NCBI GenBank assembly: GCA_963665115.1
Contig: OY762007.1
Span: 640,001-704,000, forward strand
Direction: 5' to 3'
Length of the DNA: 64,000 bases
Source: an uncultured Rivularia sp.
Lineage (GTDB): Bacteria; Cyanobacteriota; Cyanobacteriia; Cyanobacteriales; Nostocaceae
Shown here: positions 20,056 to 30,300 of the stretch, one piece after another
Layout: every line of letters begins with the position of its first letter
Numbering within the stretch: position 1 is the stretch's first letter
The notes under the pieces: model-generated
The model's input: only the letters and a program-made list of their open reading frames with translations
Database searches by the model: none
Told to the model about the DNA's origin: nothing
Program-made: the position numbers and the translations under genes

Positions 20056-20076
20056 ACTTTGTATGTAGCCTTTAAA

Positions 20077-20135
20077 AAACCTCACCCCTCCCCTTCCCCT
20101 CTCCTTAGCAAGGAGAAGGGAAGGGGGTGAGGTTT
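20077..20135. repeat. Long palindromic repeat
   Basis: AAACCTCACCCC(T)CCCTTCCC(C)TCTCCTT AGC AAGGAGAAGGGAAGGGGGTGAGGTTT. Confidence 0.75.
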
Positions 20136-20614
20136 CAGCTAATCAATATTTTCGGTAACTGGTTACAAAGTTTTTCTTCCCATCCTCCATTTAAATAAGA
20201 TTCCAGAATAAAACTTTGGGATGGTTTTACATTTACAGGCTGCAATTGAGAATAAACTGGCTTTCTCGTACCTGTAAAAGCAGTTTCTCTAATTCGATGT
20301 TCCAAACGTAACCGCGTACCGCCTTCAACAGCTTTCAATGTCCAAGTAACGATAGATGGCTGACTCATCATGCAGTCTTGCCAGGTGTAAACCAGACGCT
20401 TTGCTTCTTGAATTTCGATTACTTCGCATCTAATATTCGTATCTATTCCCGGCAAAGACTTACTGTAAAAACAAAATTTACACCCGACTCGCGGCTCAAA
20501 GTCGTTTTCCATCAACCATGCAGCCAAAGCGCGGCTGTTCGTTATCACCTGCCAAACTTTTTCTGGTGGATGGGGATAAAATACCTCTTTATTTAGCTTA
20601 TTTAATCCGATCAT
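20135..20614 (-). CDS. SRPBCC/AHSA1 domain protein
   Basis: PPEKVWQVIT...LAAWLM...RLVYTW...GGTRLRLEH; start overlaps the arsR-family stop (ATGA). Confidence 0.88.
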   Translation of the reverse strand: MIGLNKLNKEVFYPHPPEKVWQVITNSRALAAWLMENDFEPRVGCKFCFYSKSLPGIDTNIRCEVIEIQEAKRLVYTWQDCMMSQPSIVTWTLKAVEGGTRLRLEHRIRETAFTGTRKPVYSQLQPVNVKPSQSFILESYLNGGWEEKLCNQLPKILIS

Positions 20615-20931
20615 GATTCCTCCAAATAATCGCCGAGAGCATCAAGTTTTTCTTGCCAAAATTCTTCGTAATTAGCAATCCAAGCTGACACTTGCTTCAA
20701 TGGCTCTGGCTTCAGCTTATACAAACGCTGGCGACCTGATTTACGCATTTCTACTAAGTTCGATTCACACAATATTTGCAGATGCTGAGAAATAGCCGGT
20801 AAACTGATCGCAAAGGGTTCTGCTAACTGTTTTACAGGCTGCTCTCCAGTAAGCAATAAATCCAATATTGCCCTTCGGGTTGGATCTGCAATTGCTTGAA
20901 AAATATCTGCACTCGCGGATTGTCGGCTCAT
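20611..20931 (-). CDS. ArsR/SmtB family transcriptional regulator
   Basis: FQAIADPTRRAILDLL...AISQHLQIL HTH; likely start MSRQ. Confidence 0.92.
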   Translation of the reverse strand: MSRQSASADIFQAIADPTRRAILDLLLTGEQPVKQLAEPFAISLPAISQHLQILCESNLVEMRKSGRQRLYKLKPEPLKQVSAWIANYEEFWQEKLDALGDYLEES

Positions 20932-21011
20932 ATTAATTGACAGAGGGAGCAGAAAGGTCAAAAGTAGGAAACAGAAAGTTTATAAAATTTCCTTCATAAA
21001 TCTACTCAAAA

Positions 21012-21064
21012 TATATTTAAGCAATTACTTAACTATTATATTTAAGCATTTAGTTAAATGTCAA
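21012..21064 (-). promoter_or_regulatory. Sigma70-type promoter with two overlapping operator palindromes for the ArsR-SRPBCC operon
   Basis: Minus strand TTGACA (21064-21059)-N18-TATAAT (21040-21035). Tandem TATATTTAAGCAwTTAsTTAA at 21012-21032 and 21037-21057. Confidence 0.75.
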
Positions 21065-21278
21065 TGTTTACAGATATTAATTTTTTCCTGAATCCTAGTA
21101 TGTAGAGGTGGAACAAGATTTATTGATTATTGTCTATTAGTATTCTTGGGATGCAGGCTTTATATATTGTTGTCATAGATTGAATTAATAGGCTAAAACT
21201 AAAATCTCACAATTATATTATTTAAGTAGATTGGCAGTATTTTTACGTAGGAGAATATCAACAAAGGTAAAAATACAA

Positions 21279-22925
21279 ATGAAATATAGTGGGAGAAGTT
21301 TAAAGATATTCGTAAGTTTATTTTGTACATTAATGATTGGACAGTTGGCAGATAAACCATTACAGGCAGCGGAAACCGTAGTAGTTCGTTACGGTGCGTT
21401 TGCGGAATCTATTTCGATTGCTGAATTAGAAAACGTCGCGAAAACAGGCGAATTTCCCGAAAGTTTCAAATCTTACACTAATAAGTTATCTGAAAATCAG
21501 CGCAAATTGATTGTGGGAGCATTGAGAACAAATGTTCCAATTAATGTTGCGACTATGATTAATTTACTTAGTACACAAATTGGTTCGACAATTTTAGAAG
21601 ATTTAGCCACGGTGATACACCGAGAAGATGATGCGGGAGCAAAAGCCCTCAGAGAAAGTTTAATATTGGGAGCTAGGGAACCCAAAGGTTTTTCTCTGCT
21701 TTCTTCTATTGCAGCTTATCCCGGCGAACGTTTAGAAATTAATTTATCTCAAGCATTTAAAGTATTCAAAAATTTAAATACAGCATTTTGGCAAACTCAA
21801 CAATTTATGAGTGCGATCGCACCTCAACTTGCGAGTAGAGATCCCCAGCTTTCATTACCAATGGATGCGACTCAAGCGGGAAGCGGCGAGGTTGAAGAAT
21901 TTAATTTAAATTTGAACGATGACAAACGAGATAGAAACCTTCCCGTTGATATATATTGGTCGAATATTGCGAGTGTAGAAAAGCCGGTTATCGTATTTAG
22001 TCACGGTATGGGTTCGGTTCGTAACGAGTTACGCTACTTAGCGAGACACCTTGCATCTTATGGTTTTGTAGTTGCAGCTTTAGAACATCCCGGTAGTAAT
22101 GAAGCGAATACCAAGGCTGCAATTGCAGGTAAAACTAGACTTTTAAAACCGCAAGAGTTTTTACAACGCCCTCAAGATATCAGCTTTGTGATAGATGAGT
22201 TAGAAAAGCTGAATAAAACAGCAGATAATCCTCTACAAGGAAAACTTGCAACTAATAAAGTAATGGTGGTGGGATATTCCTTGGGTGGTGGAACAGCTTT
22301 ATCCATCGCTGGAGCGCGTTTGCAGCCAGAAAGTCTCAGAAAACGCTGTACGGAGAACTTAGCGATTTTAAGCTTTGGGCAAGGTTTACAATGCATAGCG
22401 CAGGAATTACCAGAAAATAGCTATCAACTGCGTGACAAACGAGTAAAAAGGATAGTTGCTCTTAATCCCACAAGCTCCTTAATGTTTGGTGAAACAGGTT
22501 TGGAATCCGTAGAAGTCCCTACTTTAGTTTTAGCGAGTTCAGCCGATAAAACCAACCCCGCTTTAACCGAACAAATAATAGGTTTCGGCAAGATTCCCTC
22601 ACCGAAATGGCTGGTTGGCGTAGTTGGAGGTACGCATTTAAGCGTAAAAGATCCTAGTGCTACCGTGAGTCAGAAAGGAAAACCCAATACTCCTTTGAGC
22701 GGTGGTGAAGTAATCGGGGAAAAAGCTGCTGATATTCGTAAATTCGTCAAAACTATTGTTTTAGCCTTTGCCGCTCAAATGACTCCAGAAGCCGACAAAT
22801 ATAAAGTGTTTCTCACAGCAGATTACGCTCAAATTGCTTCCACCGAAGAATTCCCATTTCGTCTGGTAACAGAAATTACAGATGATGCTGCAAAAGCGAT
22901 CGAGACAGTTATCAGTGAGGAGTGA
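21279..22925 (+). CDS. DUF1400 plus alpha/beta hydrolase (dienelactone hydrolase/PAF-AH-like)
   Basis: AAETVVVRYG DUF1400 start; SHGMGS, EHPGSN, RPQDISFVID and GYSLGG motifs. Confidence 0.85.
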   Translation: MKYSGRSLKIFVSLFCTLMIGQLADKPLQAAETVVVRYGAFAESISIAELENVAKTGEFPESFKSYTNKLSENQRKLIVGALRTNVPINVATMINLLSTQIGSTILEDLATVIHREDDAGAKALRESLILGAREPKGFSLLSSIAAYPGERLEINLSQAFKVFKNLNTAFWQTQQFMSAIAPQLASRDPQLSLPMDATQAGSGEVEEFNLNLNDDKRDRNLPVDIYWSNIASVEKPVIVFSHGMGSVRNELRYLARHLASYGFVVAALEHPGSNEANTKAAIAGKTRLLKPQEFLQRPQDISFVIDELEKLNKTADNPLQGKLATNKVMVVGYSLGGGTALSIAGARLQPESLRKRCTENLAILSFGQGLQCIAQELPENSYQLRDKRVKRIVALNPTSSLMFGETGLESVEVPTLVLASSADKTNPALTEQIIGFGKIPSPKWLVGVVGGTHLSVKDPSATVSQKGKPNTPLSGGEVIGEKAADIRKFVKTIVLAFAAQMTPEADKYKVFLTADYAQIASTEEFPFRLVTEITDDAAKAIETVISEE

Positions 22926-23025
22926 GGAGTGAGTTGGGAGTTGGGAGTTGGGAGTTGGGAGGAGGGAGGAGGGAGTAGGGAGTAGGGAGTAGGGAGTAGG
23001 GAGTAGGGAGTAGGGAGTAGGGAGT
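22914..23025 (+). repeat. STRR heptamer tract (GGGAGTA/GGGAGTT)n
   Basis: About 15 tandem heptamers. Confidence 0.95.
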
Positions 23026-23139
23026 TTATTTCCCCTTGTCCCCATCTCCGTAATCCACGGAGGCTTTACTTAATATATACAAAACAATTCAGTGTCAAGC
23101 CTGATTGACATTATGTAATGATTTCATTAAGATTGGTTA

Positions 23140-23272
23140 CATAAGTTCACAAAAGCTTGGTTTATATAGCTTTGATGTGAATTAATAAGATTTGAAATTT
23201 TCAATATCTTTAACAACGGTAGACATTTGGTTTTCTTCAATAGACCTCGGATTGAGACCCGAGGTTTTTTTG
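23140..23272 (+). ncRNA. Candidate ~130-nt sRNA
   Basis: TTGACA(23105)-N17-TAAGAT promoter, two hairpins, then an ACCTCGG/CCGAGGT hairpin followed by a T-run; no ORF. Confidence 0.5.
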
Positions 23273-23286
23273 TCTATGTTATTTTC

Positions 23287-23570
23287 AGGACTGACGCTAG
23301 TACAGCACGCCGGAAAGGGCGCACCTATTTAAGACGCACTACACGAACAAACGGTTGAAACCTCGATCCTATAATACTTTTGTTAGCGTAGCGTGTCCGC
23401 AAGACGTCTTTTAAATGCCGGACTTTTGACGAACGCCCAGCGGTACTAGTAGTCCAGCAACGAAACTATGCGGGGTTAATAATGAGAAAAAAAGTCCTGA
23501 ATCTTCCCCCACTCTCCCCTCCTTACCCTCACCCAGCATTTTTGGATTGGTCAAGTACTAGTAGGTAGCT
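23287..23570. mobile_element. Cluster of nested, CTAG-bounded MITE-like repeats
   Basis: CTAGTAC...GTACTAG-bounded segments and a nested TTAGCGTAGCGTGTCCGCAAGAC small repeat (about 23383-23406). Confidence 0.5.
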
Positions 23571-23718
23571 GAGAAAATAGTTAGTCGAACAAAGAAGATT
23601 TTTAATTCGCGGAATTTAAGAGCGATGCCGATGATAATTAAGATGATTACTTTATGGTTTGAAACTAGGATACTTGCCAATAATTAATAAAAGATTCTTC
23701 ATAAGTGCCCTGTTTTAA

Positions 23719-24519
23719 TTATTCTGATGTTTCTAAGTTCTTTTCACAATAAAATAAGACTTCTTTATCACTAATTCCCATATACTCGAACTGATTTGGG
23801 TCAACTATATCATTTGCCCGAACTACGGTTACCCCAAACCCTGCTTCTTTCAATCGCTTCTCAAAATCCCATCCATAAAAGCGGACATGATCTTGCTGAC
23901 CAAAGCGCTTTTCACGCTCTGTTGGATCGGTAACTTCTGGATCTTCATCAGTAAGCTTCTTCATGCGAATAGGCACCATAAATACTGCCCAACCGCCAGA
24001 AGAAAGCACGCGGAAAAACTCACGTAGCGCCTTTTTGTCGTCTGGAATATGTTCCATAACATGGCTACAGAAGATAGCGTCAAATGAACTATCAGGAAAA
24101 GGAATCTCTGTGACATCCATCTTAACCATCACTTGTGGTTTATATAGATCGCCTGTCACATAATCAAGATTATTAACTCGTTTTAATCTTGGCTCGAATG
24201 CTACCTCTGGTGCTATATGTAGCATCTTTTTAGGCTTCTCATCAAAAAGGTTAGTGTGGCTCTGTAGGAATAGCCAAGCTAATCTGTGCCATCTCATTGA
24301 TGTACAAACTGGACACCATAGCTTGGCAATATGCCCAAAACGTTGATATTCACTAATATGGTTTTCACAGACGGGGCAATAGTAATTTCGTCCGTGGAAT
24401 AAACCTTTTTTAACTTTGTCGGGAAGACAAAGCAGTACCTTCATCTGTGCAGTCGATAAGAGCATCTGACGGTGACGAGGAAGACCAATCAGTTTCATTT
24501 TAGATAGCAGCAAATTCAT
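23719..24519 (-). CDS. Class I SAM-dependent methyltransferase with N-terminal Cys4 zinc-ribbon
   Basis: CPVC..CPVC, LHIAPE, FDAIFCSHVMEH, RFGQQDHVR. Confidence 0.85.
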   Translation of the reverse strand: MNLLLSKMKLIGLPRHRQMLLSTAQMKVLLCLPDKVKKGLFHGRNYYCPVCENHISEYQRFGHIAKLWCPVCTSMRWHRLAWLFLQSHTNLFDEKPKKMLHIAPEVAFEPRLKRVNNLDYVTGDLYKPQVMVKMDVTEIPFPDSSFDAIFCSHVMEHIPDDKKALREFFRVLSSGGWAVFMVPIRMKKLTDEDPEVTDPTEREKRFGQQDHVRFYGWDFEKRLKEAGFGVTVVRANDIVDPNQFEYMGISDKEVLFYCEKNLETSE

Positions 24520-24563
24520 GAATTACTATCTCCTTTGTATTAATACCTAACTATAATAAAACC

Positions 24564-24860
24564 TATTTTTCGGAAAGTGAAGCTGCTGCTGGTTCGATAA
24601 GAATTGAAGCCAATAGCTTATAAGTAAAAAAGAATACTGAAGTTTCTGTAAGTAGCACGGGAACGGGAAATGGTGGGAATATTGAATTAAAAGCTGATTT
24701 TATTAGATTAAAAAATCAAGGGAAACTAATAGCAGAAACGGCATTGGGTAACGGAGGTAATATTAATTTAGCAAGCGATAAATTATTGCTGTTGCGTAAC
24801 AATAGTCTTGTATCAGCACAAGCAGGAGGAAATGGAAATGGTGGCAATTTGATTCTATAA
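24564..24860 (+). pseudogene. Fragment of a filamentous-haemagglutinin-like (TpsA/S-layer family) beta-helix gene
   Basis: Manual translation: AGSIRIEANSL*VKKNTEVSVSSTGTGNGGNIELKAD...GNGGNINL...LLLLRNNSLVSAQAGGNGNGGNL. No start codon and one internal stop. Confidence 0.7.
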
Positions 24861-24994
24861 TAAAAGATTAAAAAACCGATGCTTGACGCGGAGGGCGCGG
24901 AGGAAAGAGGTAGAGAAAAATAGATTGTGTTATATGCAAATTGAAAGAATAAAAGATTAAGATTATTGTATAAGCGCTTAACATTAACATCAAT

Positions 24995-26428
24995 ATGCAA
25001 ACAGTTCAAAAATCTTCAAAAAAAGCTTGGGCTAAAGCTTTTCAAAAGCCTGCAACGGAATTTCCTTTGACTCCACTTTCAATAATTGAAGGTGAAATAC
25101 CCGCAAGTTTAAATGGTACCCTTTATCGTAACGGACCGGGAAGGTTGGAACGTGGTGGTATTTCTGTGGGACATTGGTTTGATGGGGATGGTGCTATTCT
25201 TGCGGTTCATTTTAATTCAACTTCAAATCTCCCTCCTTCACAAGGGGGTGCTTCAGCGATTTACCGTTACGTGCAAACTGAGGGATTCAAAGAAGAAGCA
25301 AGTGCAGGAAAATTGCTTTACGGTAATTATGGGATGACAGCACCAGGGGCAGTTTGGAATCAGTGGTGGAAACCAATTAAAAATGCTGCAAATACTTCGG
25401 TTTTAGCTTTACCTGATAAACTTTTGGCTCTATGGGAAGGTGGAAATCCTCACAAACTCGATTTACATAATCTCGATACTTTAGGAAAAGATAATTTAGA
25501 GCAATTGGATGATGAAATAGGATATTCCGCACATCCGAAGGTTGATTCTGAAACGGGAGAAATTTTTAATTTTGGTGTTTCACCTGGGTTAAATTCAACG
25601 CTTAATATTTACAAAAGCGATGCTACGGGGAAAATTCTTAAGAAAGCTGCACATCAATTAGATGGTGTACCTTTATTACATGATTTTGTTTTAGCGGGAG
25701 GATATTTAGTCTTTTTTATTCCTCCGGTGCGGTTAAATTTATTAATGCCAGCAGTTGGATTGAGTTGCTTTAGCGATTCTTTAGAATGGCAGCCTAGTAA
25801 AGGTACTCAAATTTTAGTTTGCGATCGCGATACTTTAAATATTATCAGTCGTAGTGAAACGGAGCCTTGGTTTCAATGGCATTTCTCTAATGGTTATATA
25901 GATGATAATGGCTCTGTAATTGTTGATATTGCTAGTTATGAAGACTTTCAAACCAATCAATATCTTAAAGAAGTTCCCACAGGTGAGACTCATACAGCTT
26001 CCAAAAGTACCTTAACAAGAGTAAATTTGAATCCGCAAACTGGTAAAGTTAGTAATATAGAAACATTATTCGATCGACATTGCGAATTTCCGATCGTACC
26101 GCAGCAGAATGTAGGAAAATCTTCTCGATATACTTATCTTTCCACCGTTAAGGAAGGTACTGATATTAGTAAAGAGATATTAAATAGTATTGCTTGCTTC
26201 GATCGTAAAACTGATACTATCACCGAAGCAAACTTTGGCGAAAATCTTTATCCTTCAGAACCAATTTACGCGAATGGTTTTATTTTAACGGTTGTTTATG
26301 ATGGTAATTCCGATCGTAGCGAATTATGGATATTTGATGCCGATAGGTTAAATGAAAAACCCGTTTGTAAATTGAGTTTACCCAGCGTCATTCCTCCCGG
26401 TTTTCACGGTACTTGGAAAGATAGATAA
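24995..26428 (+). CDS. Carotenoid oxygenase (RPE65/CCD family)
   Basis: LYRNGPG, HWFDGDG, SAHPKVD, HDF, WHF, EFP, SEP and GFHG motifs with four Fe-binding His. Confidence 0.94.
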   Translation: MQTVQKSSKKAWAKAFQKPATEFPLTPLSIIEGEIPASLNGTLYRNGPGRLERGGISVGHWFDGDGAILAVHFNSTSNLPPSQGGASAIYRYVQTEGFKEEASAGKLLYGNYGMTAPGAVWNQWWKPIKNAANTSVLALPDKLLALWEGGNPHKLDLHNLDTLGKDNLEQLDDEIGYSAHPKVDSETGEIFNFGVSPGLNSTLNIYKSDATGKILKKAAHQLDGVPLLHDFVLAGGYLVFFIPPVRLNLLMPAVGLSCFSDSLEWQPSKGTQILVCDRDTLNIISRSETEPWFQWHFSNGYIDDNGSVIVDIASYEDFQTNQYLKEVPTGETHTASKSTLTRVNLNPQTGKVSNIETLFDRHCEFPIVPQQNVGKSSRYTYLSTVKEGTDISKEILNSIACFDRKTDTITEANFGENLYPSEPIYANGFILTVVYDGNSDRSELWIFDADRLNEKPVCKLSLPSVIPPGFHGTWKDR

Positions 26429-26549
26429 ATAATTACAACGTATTATTTTGGGTTAAAACTGCATAAGCTTAAAACGCTGACACCTATTGATTAATAACTT
26501 AGAGCATACGAGTTTAGAAACATTCTCTGAGATTAACTAAAAACTTTAT

Positions 26550-27315
26550 GTGTTAGCGATTTCCATGACTTCAAGACAGATAAAAAAATCATGTTCACAA
26601 AAAATCAACAAATTAGCTGCCGCTGGTTTAGTAGTATGTTCTACTTTAACTACATCATTTTTAACGCTTGAGCCGAGTCAAGCTCGTAGCATTTCCAATA
26701 ACAGCGGTAATATCACACCAGCAAAAACACAACTTATTGCTCAGTCTCGGGGTAATTTATCACAATTCCTCAGAAAACTTGCTATTAGGGAAACAGGAAG
26801 AAAAAATCCTCCTTCTGACATTGAAAATCGTTTAGGTTTTATAGGTAAATTCCAATTTGGAGAAGCTTTACTTGTGGATCTCGGATACTATAAAAGTAGT
26901 CCTAATCCCATATATAAATCCTGGGTAAGTAATAATCCTTCCAAAAATTTATGGAAGAATGGATGGACGGGTAAAAGGGGGATTAGTAGTAAAAGAGATT
27001 TCCTTCAAAATAAGAATAAAGTCCAAGAAGTTGCGATGGGTGAAGCTTTAGCACTGAAACTGTAAGTATCTCAACAGTTTTCTTCAACGAAAAGGAAGTT
27101 CTATTAATAAATATTTGGGACGTAAAAAGAATGGAGTAACTGTGACTACTTCTGGAATTCTGGCTGCTGCTCATCTAAATGGTGCCCAAGCTGCTGCCGA
27201 TTTACTGGTTAATGGTAAAGTATCCAGGGATGAAAATGGTACTTCTATTGTCGCTTACCTAAAGGAATTTGGTGGATATCAAATTCCCAGTCGGTACGCT
27301 GGTAGCTGTAAATAA
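26550..27315 (+). CDS. Secreted lysozyme/transglycosylase-like protein, split by a +1 frameshift at AAA 27057-27059 (254 aa restored)
   Basis: Signal peptide; LAIRETG...ENRLGFIGKFQFGE; SGILAAAHLNG. Removing one A joins ALNCKYLNSF...KYLGRKK. Confidence 0.6.
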
Positions 27316-27376
27316 ATGAGGAAACCGCACACCAAATTGAATAATATCCATATGGTGTGGGTAATCCGTTTGTAAT

Positions 27377-30300
27377 TTATTTTTGACTGACAATACTTTC
27401 ACAGTAGTTGCGAGTCTCTTTATTAGCATTGTTTTTCAGATAATCTCGCACCCAATTGCAACCGTAATCAACCAAATTATTTTCTTTCAAGTCCAAATTC
27501 CACAGAATTAATTTTCCAGCATTGTCACCTGATGCTAGAGTATTATGTTTGGGGTTAAAATCAAGACTCCAAACTGAATCATCATGTGCTTTAAAAGTTT
27601 TCAATTCTTTACCATCACGACTCCACAATTTAACCGTGCGATCTAAACTTGCGGTGGCAATTTTCTTACCGTCTGGACTAAAAATAATATTAAAAACTCC
27701 TGCATCGTGTGCGGGAATATCTTTAATAAGTCTACCTTTCAGAGTCCAAAGTTTAACGGTTTTATCTTCACTTGCAGAAGCAATAGTACTACCGTCAGGA
27801 CTAAATATAACGCTATGAACTGCATCTTTATGTCCCTCAATAATTCTGATTAATTCACCTTTTGACTTCCAAAGTTTGATAGTTTTATCCCAACCGCCAG
27901 TAGCAATTGTCTTGTCATCAGGACTAAATGTAACGCTATTAACTCCTTCTTTTTGTTTGTCAAGAGTTCTGATGAATTCACCTGTTGACTTCCAAAGTTT
28001 AGCAGTTCCATCATTACTAGCCGTAGCAATTATTCTACCATTATGACTAAAATTGACATCCCAAACCCACTTTTGATGAGCTTTGTCTTTATTTTTTTCC
28101 TTTAGGGTTTTAATCGCCTGACCTTTGTTATTAAAAAGTTTAACATTTCCATCATTAGTAGCAGTAGCAATGATTTGCCCATCAGGGCTGAAACTAACAT
28201 CGGTAACACTGCTATTAAAATCATTAATTATTTTAATTAATCGACCTGTTTTAGTCCAAAGTTTGACAGTTTTATCCCAACTGGCAGTAGCAATTGTTTC
28301 AGCATCGGGACTATAACTAATACTATAAATTGCATCGTTATGTGCTGGCAGAATTTGTAGTGGCTTATCTTTAACTTGCCAAATTTTAACAGTGCTATCC
28401 TTACTAACAGTAGCAATTATCCTGCTGTCAGGACTAAAATTAGCTTTCAAAACCCAATTTTTATGTCCTTTCAAGACTTGAAGTTGTTCGCCATTATTAC
28501 TCCAAAGAATCGCGGTTTTATCGGTACTAGTGGTAACAATTTTCTTGCCATCGGGACTAAAAGCAGCACTTGTCAGAGCATCTTTATGAGCTTCTAAAGT
28601 CTTAATTATCTTGCCGTCAAGACTCCAGAGCTTTGCGGTTCCGTCTTTACTCGCAGTAATAATCTTTGGCTCTTGAGGATTAAAATTCACACTCCAAACC
28701 CAATCTTTATGTCCGCTCAAAGTTCGGATTTCTTGCCCATCGAGATTCCAAAGTTTGACTTTATTATCGGCACTAGCAGTAGCAATCATCTTGCTGTCTG
28801 GACTAAAAGTAACATCATATACTGCTTCTTGATGACCCTTAAAACTCTTAATTTTTTGCCCTTTACTATCCCAAAGTATAATATTTCCTACAGTATCAGC
28901 AGCAGCAATTGTTTGACCATCGGGACTAAAACTAACGTCAGATAAGGCTTCTTCCTGCTTTGCAAGGTCTTTTATAAAAAGACCTTTGGTAGTCCAAAGT
29001 TTGACAGTTCCGTCCCAGCTAGCAGTAGCAATTCTTTCATTGTCTGGGCTGAAAGTAATACTAGTAACTGAGCTTTTATGCCTTTTCAAAGATACGATTC
29101 CTTGACCACCTAAACTCCAAAATTTTACAGTTTTGTCTGTACCCGCAGTGGCGATAATATTACCATCAGGACTAAAACTAACATCTTTAATTTCATCTTG
29201 ATGTGTCATCCATCTGTTGCGTTCTTTAACTTTATAAACAGCTTCTTGCAATAAGTTACTAATTTCGGTTTTGATAGGAGTTTGCTTATCAAAACTAAAA
29301 CTGATAGAACTCAGCTTTTTCCATGCCTTTAAACTTTCTAAAAGCGCATCAAAATGCTGCTCCGATGTCAAAAGTGCTTTCGCTGATGTATTAATAGCTT
29401 TAATCTCATTTTTGACTGCATTCTGCCATTGCCATCCAGCCAACCCCGCCAAACTCAAGGCTAAAACCAAGCCAACAGAAAGTCCATAAATAGTAAATCT
29501 TCTTCTGCGCTTTTTGTTTTTACTCTCACGCTCTCGAAATTCCACACTCAGCGCAATAAAACTTCTTTCCATCGAACTCAGTTCTGAAAAACGTTGATTC
29601 TGCCAATCTTGGGCATCTATAAGTGGCTTTCCTCGCAACAGCGCTCCTTCATCACAACCGCTACTTTCCCAAGTAAGCATTGCTGCCCTTAACTGCTCTT
29701 GCCAGTGACGAAAGTCCCTGTCTCGATGCATCCAATCTCGTAGTTGTCCCCAATTGCGAATCAGCGCTTCATGAACTATTTCTACGGTTTCTAAATTAGT
29801 TTTTTCGTCGTATCCCGTAACTACCAGACGAGCATCAGCCAAGCGAGTTACCAAATCCCAATTTTCTGCACCAATTTCCTTTGAGGTGGCTACACGACGG
29901 GTGTCTTCGGTTCCCAAACCGGGATGCACCAGTTGGATAAAAATTTGCTGCGCTCTTTCTTTTTCTTCAAAGTTAAGCTGGTTATAGGCTTCCGAAGCAT
30001 AACCAGCTAATGCCGCTTCTACCCCGCCAATTTCGTTGTAAGCAGCGTGGGTTAACTGAGCATCTTGCTGTTTTGCCCATAGCTGAGTTAAAGCAAACTC
30101 CAATAAAGGTAAATTTCCCGGATTTACTTCTGATAAGATACGTTCGGTGAGTTTATCCTCGATTGTTACTCCTAGTAACTCCACAGGTTTTTCTATCGTC
30201 GCTTGCAGTTCGGAGTAGGTCATCGGACCAAGTTTTAAGTCTGCATACTGCAATACATCAGCAAAGGGACGGTAAGACAGTGCTTGCCCAAGAAAGTCTG

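Noticed and set aside
22761..23045. 94-aa ORF with LPTPYSL repeats
   Set aside because: Translation of an STRR heptamer tract, antisense to a real gene.
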